From contig NC_133620.1 of the NCBI RefSeq assembly GCF_048593235.1, forward strand, positions 332,645,765 through 332,709,764: a stretch of 64,000 nt of DNA, given 5' to 3'. Both the position numbers and the translations under genes were made by a program. Below are positions 39,181-50,043 of the stretch, one piece after another. The notes below the pieces were generated by a model. That model was given only the letters and a program-made list of their open reading frames with translations. It was not told where the DNA came from and searched no databases. The number at the start of each line of letters is the position of its first letter. The first letter of the stretch is position 1. Source of the DNA: Sminthopsis crassicaudata (Eukaryota).

Positions 39181-40140
39181 GGGTGTCTGTGTATAAGCAT
39201 TTGATGACATGGCCTTACTACTGCATCCTTTCTCGAAATTTATTTCTTATAAACTTCTGGGTGTCTTTAGTACTATTCTCTTTCTTCAATGTAGTTATTC
39301 TCTGTTATCTAGGTTGGCAATGATACATAGGTGATCTTCTCACTCTCCGTCATTCTTTTTAAATGTAAAACTCATTTGATCAAATTTACCATATATCTAG
39401 AAAATACTTTCTCATCACCCTTTGTAAAGTTTATTATATATCTGGTTTGGAATCTGTTATTTCTATATATTTTAAGAGGTAGTCCATTAATCCAAATCCT
39501 ATTCTCAGACACCACCTTCTTAGCCACCTGTTTATTTCCCAAATTAATTTTTCTCTTCTTCATCTCTTGTATTCATTTGTAAATAGTGAGCAGTAAGGCT
39601 AATTCTATATTCCTCTTTCTTTCCCAAAATTTCATAATTTTTAGCAAAACTTTTAAGGTTCTTTCTGATACTTTTTGTCCCCTCATGAATCATCATAAAT
39701 TGTTATCAGTCATCTATTCTGATAAATTTAGAGATGTTCTCTGTAATATCAGAGATAAATGCCTGGAAAGGAAACAGATTAAAGGAAACAGATTACTGTC
39801 TAATCACTTTGATGGCTCTGTTATAGCATCCTTTTCAGGACAAGAAGCTTCTTCCTCCTCAAAGCATACTCCCTCTTCTTCAGGAAGAGTCTCGAATAAG
39901 GTTAGTTTTTTTAGCTCTAATTGTGTAGCTGTCCTTTCTCTTTCTCTTCCTCCTTCTCTTTTTATTCCTCTACCCTTCCTGGTAAGGCCCTAATTCTCTT
40001 TCCCTTAGCAAGATTTCATTATCTTGAACAACTTAGGTGTGTGCCCAGATATTCCTTAAGTCCCTTCATCTCCTTCCCCAGGAGGAAAGATACCTCCATT
40101 TGGAAAACATTGTTAAGAGTTACTTGATTGTGACAGAAAT
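36430..40140 (-). mobile_element. Near full-length ancient CR1/L3 LINE fossil (3' end, RT, EN and ORF1 remnants) with later insertions
   Basis: Reversed CR1 3' end at about 36500-37260. Endonuclease motif IAILGD at about 38800-38820. ORF1 esterase-like peptide DITENISKFIRIDD**QFMMIHEGTKSIRKNLKSFAKNYEILGKK at about 39615-39750. Interrupted by an L1 3' end (about 38200-38390) and CA/TA microsatellites. Confidence 0.8.
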
Positions 40141-41387
40141 ACAATCATCATAATCTCAATGCAAGTTGCTGTAAGATTTACAGTTTTCCATACTGGCTAA
40201 ATTTTTCTCTTATTTTTTGAACAACTTATACATGTTTATACCTCAGGCTATGAACCATGCTTGAAATTTTAATTTCCTTGGTTCCCTTCAAGACAGCACA
40301 AATCTTAGCTTTTGCAGAAGGTCCTGTCCCCAACTGCTATTGTCCTCATCCCTTATGTTCCATTCACTCTGTATATATTTGTATATAATTATTTATTCAC
40401 AGTTATGTCTTCCATTAAAATGTAAGCTACTCAAAGGCACTGACCTTTATTTGGAATTATCACCATGTCTGGTACACAGAAACTTATTAACAAATACCTT
40501 CTGATTGACTGATAATTCTTAATGTTTATATGTAGTCTTTTCCTATTAGAATGTAAGTTCCTTAAGGAGAGGAACTATCTTTTTGCTTGCATTTGTTTTC
40601 CCAGTGTACACAGATTCCTGGCACACAGTAAACATTTAATAAGGATGCTTTTTTGATTGATTGACTGAAGAGCTGCTCAAACTAAAAGCCTTAAAAAACA
40701 AAAACAAAATAACATAAAAACCTACTTCCCAGATTAGTTTATAAAACCAGGACAGTATAAGCTATTAAGTTGAAAGAACTGTGTCAAGGATTTTAGCTGT
40801 GATTTTACAACTGACAATGTATGACTCTGAATATGTCATTTTGAGCTCGAGATAACAACGTGCAGAGGGGAGGGACAGAGAGAAAAAAGAAGCAGGGATA
40901 CGAGTTAGCTGTACTTCTTACTTCTCTCTGAAAGTCCTTTAGGAAATCCCACCTCAAAATCATGATTTCATTCTCTGAAAGTTTCTGCCAGTTCCAGTTT
41001 CTCAAATCCCATGATATAATCTGGAAATGCTGCTACCAGCTTCTGTTAAGAGTACATTCTCAAGAACACGTTATATTGAGCAAAATATCAACCCATGCAA
41101 GAGTCTGTGCTAATTATAATGCCAGGCTTCCCATTTAGATTCTCATAATTAAAGGAGAATATCACAATGTTTCTGAACCTTTTTAAAATAAAACAGAAGC
41201 ATCTTCAAACAACTTGTCAGACAGGAAAAGCATTGGACTATTGTGACTCTGTGATGGTGCTTTTGTTCTAAGCCTACCTCACTATAAGCCCAGATGGCCT
41301 TTAATTAGTGAAACTGAAGTATACACTGGTTCCCAAACTTTTGAGTTCTTTTTCAGGGCTGAAAATCTGTGATTTTGTGGGAGCTCG

Positions 41388-41590
41388 GGTTAACCTTTTG
41401 TGGTTCGGGGATGCCTCTAGCAGTCTGGTCTGCAGATCTCTCCTACAAACAACATTTAAATGCATAAAACAAAATATATATGATTTTAAAAAATATACAT
41501 GATTATAAAAGAAACCAATTCTTTTGAAATACTTATTAAAATAATTTAAAAATTAAATCATAGATTTCTGGTTAAGAATTCCTGCTTTAG
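41388..41590 (+). mobile_element. hAT-Charlie MITE (Charlie4z-like)
   Basis: ttaaccttttgtggttcggggatgcctctagcagtctgg...aaagaaaccaatt...ggttaagaattcctg matches the family as recalled. Confidence 0.7.
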
Positions 41591-43289
41591 CAAGAGAAAA
41601 CTGAATATTTGTCAGAGGAAATTGCTATTGATGAATTCCTAAGACAATGGGTAGGTACCTCAAGAACCTCCAAGGACATTGCTGTTTTCTATTCTCAAAG
41701 TCTTTCCTACTCCTTCTGGCAACTGCTCACACCCACCAACCCATGCATCTTTTTTCTGCGTTTTTTTCTGGCCTGATACAACTCCCAAGGCTTGCTATGG
41801 AAGTGGAATCATCAAATGACCTCCAAATTAAGAGATAAAATGTACCATAGTTCTTCTCACAGATATTAAACAGGGAAAGTAATGGTGATCAAGTGGGTCT
41901 CATGCTACATTAGAGTGACTGAGCATTCTGTGCTAAAATCAATTATGGAGCTGGGTTGCCAGCAACTAAAAAACAATTCTCCTGAAGAGATGCTCATACC
42001 CACATAGAGTTTCTTCCAAAATTTACAATTTAATGTGGCAGCCTTTGAGGAAGAAAAAAGGAGCTTTTTGAGATATAACTGCCTCTAAGAATTACCGAGC
42101 TCTACAAAAAGAAGTGGAAAGAGAGAATATTAAGGCAAGTCAATAAGAATTAAGCACCTACTATGTGCTAGGCAATGTGCCAAGTACTGGGGATAGAAAA
42201 AAAAGAGTAAAAACACAGCTCTTATCCCCCAAGAGATCATGATCTCAGGGGATGACAAGGACAGCATGAAAACAACTCTACACAAAAGAAACATAGAGAA
42301 TAAATTAGAAAGATTCCCAGAGAGATTTGACCCCAGGAACCAGCAGCTGCTGCTCTTTAACCTAGCACCATTTTAGAAGGTAGTCTGCTTTCTTCTTTAC
42401 AAAAGGTCAGTTTATGTCTTGATGGATTGGGCACTGGGAACACTTCTCCCTCCTCAGCTTGCTGAGATTCAGACTAGCAGAAGTAGATAGATGCTGGTGA
42501 GGGGTGGATGATACCACCAGGGGGTGGTATGCCAGCTTCCCCAGAGGCATAAACTACAATAAGAGAATATTCCACTTGAACTTAGATATGGACTAATAAA
42601 AACTTTTTAATCAATTCTTGCTTATTGACTTGCTCTCTTATTTCTAACTTCTTCCCTTTTCTATTGATAGAAAGGCTCTCTCTAAGTCACATAAAGCTAA
42701 TAACCTTAGAGACACTTCTGGCTCCTTCCTCTCCTTCCTAAGCACTTGATTCTCCTCCCATCTGCCCTTCTGTCTCCTTCAAAAGATCAACAATCAATTA
42801 ATCAATGGCTATTTATTAACTGCTCACTCTGTGGCAAGCACTCTGCTAGATGCCAGGGATATAAATATAACAGCAAATCTGTCTTTGGCCTCAAGGAGCT
42901 TATTCTATCAAGATTTATATAAAGGACATATAGAATACATGTTAGGAATCATGGGCCCACGATTTTATTTATATGGGGCATTCCCAGGATAGGAAATCCC
43001 TTCTACTGAAATCGGTCAGCATCTTCTCTACAATTTAGTAATCTTAGGGAATTTTCCAGAGAGATGAAAAGTGACTTGTTCAAGAATGCAGTCATTTAGT
43101 GTCAGAGGAAAACTTGAACTCAGGTCTTCCCACATATTCTCATGCAACATTGCCCTTTTTATATGCAATATATACAAAATAAATATAAGTCAATGAAACA
43201 GAAGAAATTAGGAGGGGCAGAGGATTAGGAAAGCCATCATGCAAAAAGTGGTACTTATAAGTTGAGAGATGAAAGAAACAAAAGTCTAT

Positions 43290-44320
43290 AAGTGGTAGAG
43301 AGAAGGAGAGACGGGATTACATTCCAAGGAACAGGGATAACCACAACAAAAACTCAGAAAGATGGAAGAGAAAGTGTTCCATGAGGAATAGCAGGAAGAG
43401 GAGTTTGGATGCACTACATATTGTGAGAGCCTTTTTCTTTCTCTTTTGGTGAGCATCTCATCTTCCTTGGGTTTAATAATCACATATCTCCAGTTAAATC
43501 TCAAATCTATATCTTTAACCAGTCTTGGTTTCTCTCATGAATTCTGGTCCCCAAACCTCAATCTCTTAGATATTTTGTACTGAATGTCCTACAAGCATCT
43601 CAAATGTCCAAAATTGTTTAAATATAAATCCTCTTTCCCTCCAAGCTTCCTCTCTTTTGAATTTTCTATTTCTGCCAAAGGCATTATCAATCCACTGAAT
43701 TCATGACTTTTATCATTCCTCCTCTAGATAAGCAATAAGTTTTCAAGTCTTGTTGATTTTAGCTGTATAGCTCTCCTGTAATATCTTCCTCTTTCTTTTC
43801 ACACAACCAAAACCTCTCATTTAGACTACTGCAATAGATTCCTAAATGATAATCCTGTCTCACATCTTTTCAAATCCATTTGTCAACCAGTTCTCAAGGT
43901 GATATTTCTAACCAGCTCTCAAGGTGATATTTCTAAAGTACAGTACTACATATCACTCCCCATTTCAGTGATTTCCTTCATGACCTCTGAAATCAAATAT
44001 TACTGCCTTGGTTTGGTATTCAAAGCCTTTCATAATCTGATCACAAATAACCTTTCCAATCTTATTACAAAATACTCCCCTTTACAACTCAGCCCAACAG
44101 TCCTTCTTGTCTTTTCTAATATATGAGAATCCATTTTCTGTCTATGAACTTTCACATACTTCCTCCTTACTTCTTGCTAGAATCCCTAGCTTATATATAT
44201 GTGGCATCTGCAGACAAAATATAAATTTTCTGAGGGTTCATTTCTATCTGTATTCCCACTACCTACAGACACTTAGGAAACGTTTGTTGATAAATGGATT
44301 AATGGAAATACTCAGATTAA
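43290..44320 (+). mobile_element. L2 LINE fragment
   Basis: L2 motifs through to the 3' tail gtttgttgataaatggattaatgga. Contains a 25-bp tandem duplication at 43885-43934. Confidence 0.7.
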
Positions 44321-46115
44321 AAATGAGGTTGGAAGGCTAAGAAAGAGCACTCTTTGACTCCCTACTAACAGATGCTCTAACAAGATCTAAATTTGAGATC
44401 AATCCATACTTACTGTTTATATTAAATTATCTTCAGCCTTGTTCTTGATCCAAATTCTCATCAAAAATAAATAATATCTTGTCATTAATCATCCTGACAG
44501 TCCTCAGCCATTATGAGAAAACTAACTTAGGAAATAAATGCCAGATGCATATGGTGAAAGGCAATACACATATGGCAGTCATACTATGGCTAATCTCAAT
44601 CATGAAAGCTCTAAGGGATATATAATTATTGCAAACCCAGACGTCAAAACTTGGACCCACAATCTGTTGTGTTGTTTTTTTCATTACATTTGGGAGAGAG
44701 AATCACTAGCGTATGTAAGCTTGTCTGTCCCATTGTGCCCCAAATCTTTTGGATGGCTTCATCATTCCTTGAATCCAATTTCTAAGTCACAATAAGCATT
44801 TAACAGGGCACCAGACTCCCCTTTTCCCATATGATTGAAGTGTTGTCCAAATGATAGAGAATTGACCAATAGATTTATTATTTCCTCAATTATGGGTATT
44901 CCTAACAGTGATGTGATCCATGCCTGACCACCCTGTGAAATTCTTATTTATGTTTACCCCAAAATTGGAATAGATGATACGGTGTATATGGAGGCATCCC
45001 CAATTGTACTTAGGGCCTCATGTTCTCTTGAACTGTGTGGATACCGATGGATCTTTCCTTCTCACTATTTGATCAGCTGATCTTTTTTTCTGGTCATACA
45101 TTTCTTTAACATTATCCTTTACACCACTTCCTGAATGTAATTATACATTTGCAATGTGTTATCATCATATACTTCTTCATTGTTTTTTGGTGGTAATCAA
45201 TTTCAATTTTTCAAAGACTAATATTTATTTAATGTCATATCTATATAAGATCACTAGAAGAATACTGATTTTAAAAATATGGACCTGGGTTTCAGAAATA
45301 AGGCTATAGTCATTAGAATTACTGCATGATTTAGAAAAAAAAGCAATCCAATCCATATTTGTCTTCTTATTCAATTCACTGTCTTCCACTAATAGCTATT
45401 CAGGATTTATGAATCAATGGATCAATATTTTAGTTCTACATACAAATATATATCCAAAGCTAAACAGCATAAAAAGGCAGAAGCTTAGTTATGTTTCTGG
45501 GGAATATTTACAAAGAAAGCAAGCATTCTTTTATGTTTTAGGTGTAAGTTTTAGCTTTTGTTTGGAGGGTCATTATGATAATACAAAAATAATAACATTA
45601 GCTAACAACCATATGTTGCTTTAAAATTTGCAAAATGTTTTACAAATTATCTCTTTTTATCTTCACTATAATGTTAGAGATAGGTGCTATTATTATTCTG
45701 ATTTGCAGATGAGAAAACTGAGAATGGGAAAAGTTAAGGGACATGCCCAGTCACATAAGTAATAAAGTTATGTTTAAGAACAGATTTTGAACTCAGGTTT
45801 TCCTGATTTCAAGCTCAGGGCTCTGTGTAAAGATAGGAAAAGATATAAGAAAGGGACCATCATACACCATGTTACAGATGACTCTCTATGTCCCAGAGAA
45901 GCTAACAGCTTTCTAAATGCATTACCCAGCAAGGAGGGTAATGGTCCAAGTATTAGAAAACCACTTCTTTCCGATACCCATCTTAGTGCTGTTCTCAATA
46001 ATCCACGTCTCATCTCACATAGTAGAAAGGTCCTGCTGGCTGAGGGTTGCCTTCTATGCCTGGCAAAAAGCTCCAAAGGCTAGAATGTGAGGTGGAAAAA
46101 GGTACAGTTTCTTAC

Positions 46116-46286
46116 CTGGAATATTATGGACTGTTATGGCTAAAATGAGCAACAGAATTCGTCTCCAACTATTACTGCCCTGTTTCACTCTGTTCTCCCT
46201 AGGAGGCCGGGAGGATGCAAAGCCATCAGACGCACCAGTAGGAGCCACCTTCTTCCTCGGATAAGCTTCTCCATTCTCACTCTTGT
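46116..46286 (-). CDS. SLC39A11: Internal coding exon of zinc transporter ZIP11 (end of the cytosolic loop plus TM4 with the HNxPE motif); probably the orthologue of human exon 6
   Basis: Minus-strand translation is (D)KSENGEAYPRKKVAPTGASDGFASSRPPRENRVKQGSNSWRRILLLILAITVHNIP(E). This matches human ZIP11 as recalled (DKSENGEAYQRKK...SSWRRIALLILAITIHNVPEG). The acceptor is ...ctctcttaactcttctccacag| (AG at 46288-46287) with a candidate branch point CTGAT (A at 46312). The donor is CCAG|gtaag (GT at 46115-46114). Length is 171 nt, phase 1 at both ends, with no stops. Confidence 0.96.
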
Positions 46287-46569
46287 CTGTGGAGAAGAGT
46301 TAAGAGAGAGATCAGATTGAAAATGAGCAAATAACATCAGGAAGAAGTTAGGGAGAACCTGAAAGAAGGAAGAAGAGAAAATGTTCTATTTTCCCATCTT
46401 TTCCTAAGAAACAATCATTCATTGATTTAATCTTTTCTGTAAGCAAAAATGTTTATCCAGTCCCTATTTTTTATTCAATATTGTATAAAGACAATAGCCT
46501 ACTCTTCCACCCTAAAGCATTTATCATTTCTTTCAGTGTGGACAATTCCTAGAAGCAGGGAAAGTTAAT

Positions 46570-46790
46570 GATGATGATGATAACTAGTATTTACATGGTG
46601 TTTTAGGATTTGTATTTACAAATACTAATTCATTTTATACAACTCTGGGAGATAAGTGCTATTATTAGCTTCAATTTACAGATGAGGAAACTGAGGCAGA
46701 CAGATTTAAGTGATTTAACCCAGAGTCACACAGCTATCTAAGTATCTTAGGTCTTCCCGATTCCAAACCCAGAGCTTTATTTGCTGTACT
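46570..46790 (-). mobile_element. MIR SINE, antisense
   Basis: ttacagatgaggaaactgaggcagacagatttaagtgat...cagagtcacacagct. Confidence 0.85.
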
Positions 46791-47989
46791 GTCTTGCCTA
46801 AATTTCATCCAGTCGATCCATAGGCTGGTAAGTTATGCCCAAGAGGACCTTTCTTTTCAATAGGAGAGATAAAATCTATAATTATAAATTAGAAAGCATC
46901 TCAGCTCTAACTGTGAACATTCTAGTCCCATTTTGACCATTTATGAGTAATTTAATTATGGGCAACTTACTGAATATGACACAACTGCTACCCAGTTTTC
47001 TTAGCTATAATATGGAGTTAATAACACTACACTCTTATATTTTTTCTATCTCCCCAGATTGAGGGATAAAGTACTCATTCGTTCTTCCATCCATTCACCT
47101 ACTCTTTCATTAAACAACCATTTATAAGCACTTACAATGTGTCAAGCAAACTGTGAAGTCTGTATATGTGAGTGAGTATGATATCAGGGTAGTTACAAAG
47201 ACCATAGCTAATGTTTCTATAGTGTTTCAAGGCTCTACTTATTATCTTATTTGAGCTTCAAAACAACCCTGTGAGATAGAGGCTACAGGCCTTATTAATA
47301 ACTGCATTTTATAAATCCAGAAGTTGAGGCTCAGAGAATTTTAATGATGTTTCAATGGTCATTCAAGTTTCAGTTAACTCACATTTATGTCAAACTGGTT
47401 AAGCTACATACAGCACTTTGGGAACATTAAAGCACTATATTATTATAGTTATTATATTTAAATATATCACATATATATAGATAGATATTGGCTATCACCA
47501 TTATATAAAGCATTAAGGGTATTCTCCTCACAATAACTAAGTATGCAGTATGTATGTCCCCATTTTGCAGATGAAGACACTGAAGCTTTATCATAGTAAG
47601 TGTTAGGGATAGGAATTTGAGGATAGACTTTATCTCTTCAATACTAATGTCTTATTACTCTCATGTTGACTCTAATTCAGCAAGAAGGATAAAATACCTC
47701 CTCAAATATATAATTGTTCATTTTAAGTCTATTGAAGAATAGACTATCCTAAGTAATGTAAGAATATGAAGTTCTTTGTGAGGTCTAAGAAAGGAAAAGG
47801 GAAACAGAATTCATAGTGTCTCCTCTCAGAGAGCTTACATTCTAAGGGCAGTAATGGAATTCCCACAAATAAATTAAATATGAGTGACAGAACTATACAT
47901 AATTTCACCTAACTCTTTTATTTCTGCTCAGGCTCCATCATTTGTGCTACCCAAGCTTACATCATCAGGCATCTTCCCCTGTTTATGCT

Positions 47990-48640
47990 CCCTCCATATC
48001 CAGTGACTTATTAATTCATCCTCAATATATCTAGTACACAGCTGCCAAACTGATATTTCTATGGCACAAGCCTGTCCATGTCACCACCGCCTGCTCAAGA
48101 AATCTCAATGGCTTCCCAGTACCTTCAGGATCAAAAACAAACATTTAAAGCCTCTTCCAAGGGTTCCAAACCATGTTCGGAGGCTTTCTGTACTTCTGCT
48201 ATACAATTCATTCTACCCAGCATACTGCTGCTCCCCAGACATGATATTCTGTCTCCTTTCTGTATGCTTTTGCACAGGCCAATTCCCAAGCCTGGATTGT
48301 ATTCTTTTTCCTTAACATCCTTCAAGATTCAGCTCAAGTATTGCCTTCTAAATGAGGCTAACCTAATCCCTTTGGTTGCTAAGAAGGCCTTTGGCCCCCA
48401 GAAAATGTGTGATAACTGAATACATTCATTTATTTACATATATATATATGCATGCATATATTTAACTTATATTTATACTCTATTTGTCTGTATTCATACT
48501 GCTCTTCAACCTTCCAGCCTTTACCCCAAATATAAGATCCTTAAGGGCAAGGACAGTTAATTTTTTTTTTTTTAAATTAGTAGTCTTAGTTCCCAGCTAC
48601 CTGCTGCACAAAACTGCTTAATAAATGCTTGCTGAATGAA
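47990..48640 (+). mobile_element. L2 LINE 3' fragments
   Basis: cagctgccaaactgatatttct...caatggcttcccagtaccttcaggatcaaa... with the tail gcttaataaatgcttgctgaatgaatgaa. Confidence 0.75.
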
Positions 48641-49487
48641 TGAATATACACTATGGCAATGTTTTGAACAGGCTGAAATTATCCTTAGAATCTGATTTGT
48701 ATAAAACTCCAGGGCATTCTATAAATAATGTGACTTTTCAAGGGATATACACATATGCTTATTCTTTAAAACCACAATCTTGGGCATGTCACGTGATCTC
48801 TGACATGGTAGAAGTACTAATACCTCTTTTATATTTTAACTACTCTTTTGGGGCATGTCATTCAACATATACCAGTGATGGGGACATCAAAAATATCCAA
48901 AGAAGAAGAGATAATTTCTTCAACTTAAAAACAGCTTTAAAAATTATTTTTAGATAGTTATTTAGAAATAATATATATTTTCCTTTTCTCCCATATGAAG
49001 AAAATTAAAAGGAAGTACAATTTTTTTAACATGAAGAGAAAATTAATGTAGAGGTAAAAGGTTTTTAATGTTTTTAACTGTTACTTATAGGGCTACAAGA
49101 CAGAAAAAGAAAATGTTCACCCAACCAAATGGGTATGATAAGTAACAGCAGAGGTAATTTTCAGACATTACAGATCTTGACATATGTATATATGTATGTA
49201 TCTCCTAGAAACTGTCTATCCTACATATTTTTTTATCTCACAGATACATAAATACACACAAACACAAAAATGTGTGTATATAGACATTTAAGTTTGTCAC
49301 ACACGCTCTTCTGCCTGAAGAGATTTGGCCCAATATGACATATAACAAACACCACAAATTATATATGACATATGAAGTGATCTAAGAACAAATTTTATGA
49401 CTATATGAAGGATCTCTGATATCACCAGTGTGAGGAACATCCATGCTGTTGTTATTCTCTCCACCAAACTACCTATGCCTTAACATA

Positions 49488-50043
49488 CAACATGTCCCCA
49501 AAATTTTAGTAATGTTCCAAGCTTTGACAACTTCAGAAGTATAAATGCTACAAATTTACAAAAATACGTTAAAGGATAATTTTTTAAAATACTGATTTTA
49601 GTTAAAATTCAACAGTAACATGCAATGATGCCTTATACATTGATGTATTTGTTACAGTGATGTGTTATAAATTGATCTAGTCGATTTCTTAACTTAGAGA
49701 AAAAAATTCATCAGTTCCTGCTCAGTGACTGGAAGCACTTGCAATTGCAATTCTAGCTTTAAGATCAATGGAAAAATAAAGTTTTCATGCATGCATAGCA
49801 GTTTTGACCAGATCACACAAGGAAAGTCTAAAGGATATATAGATTATGGGACAGAGATGGCCAAGCAAGAGGAACTCCTCTACCAATCTAAGAAGATGTC
49901 ACCCAGAAATATGCAAGCAACGTATAATGAGAGAGGTCCTCATCTTCTTAAGAGTTAAGAATATATTATTCAAAATTCATAAGACCAAATCTAAAATAAG
50001 TTTAAATTTTTAAATGTTTTTTGTGAGTTTGTAGCATTTATAC
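49488..50043 (-). mobile_element. Tc1/mariner-superfamily fossil, internally deleted, with a transposase C-terminal remnant
   Basis: TA then caacatgtccccaaaa at the left end. Inverted blocks gtataaatgctacaaatttacaaaaa (49539-49564) and tttttgtgagtttgtagcatttatac (50018-50043) match at 24/26. A frameshifted minus-strand peptide WPSLSHNL..PLDF.LCDLVKTAMHA*KLYFSIDLKARI lies at 49749-49863. Confidence 0.82.

Larger units (their letters stand above)
1..46115 (-). other. SLC39A11: Intron downstream of the SLC39A11 exon (next exon not found in the window)
   Basis: Begins with the GT donor at 46115. By eye I found no sequence encoding the expected next-exon peptide (EGLAVGVGFGA...) in 1-46115. SLC39A11 is known to have very large introns. 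Confidence 0.75.

Noticed and set aside
44540-44575. Peptide QMHMVKG…AVI resembling filovirus NP (QGMHMVAGHDANDAVI as recalled)
   Set aside because: The similarity does not extend in either direction and conflicts with other weak matches on the opposite strand. Treated as chance.
46054-46248. ORF MAPTGASDG... as a standalone gene
   Set aside because: It is the SLC39A11 exon read from a GTG and through the splice donor into the intron. Homology stops exactly at the GT donor.
46287-46330. Alternative acceptor adding the 7-aa (GRAGLLS-like) insert recalled from a human ZIP11 isoform
   Set aside because: There is no AG 21 nt upstream of the acceptor; the region is an AG-free pyrimidine tract.
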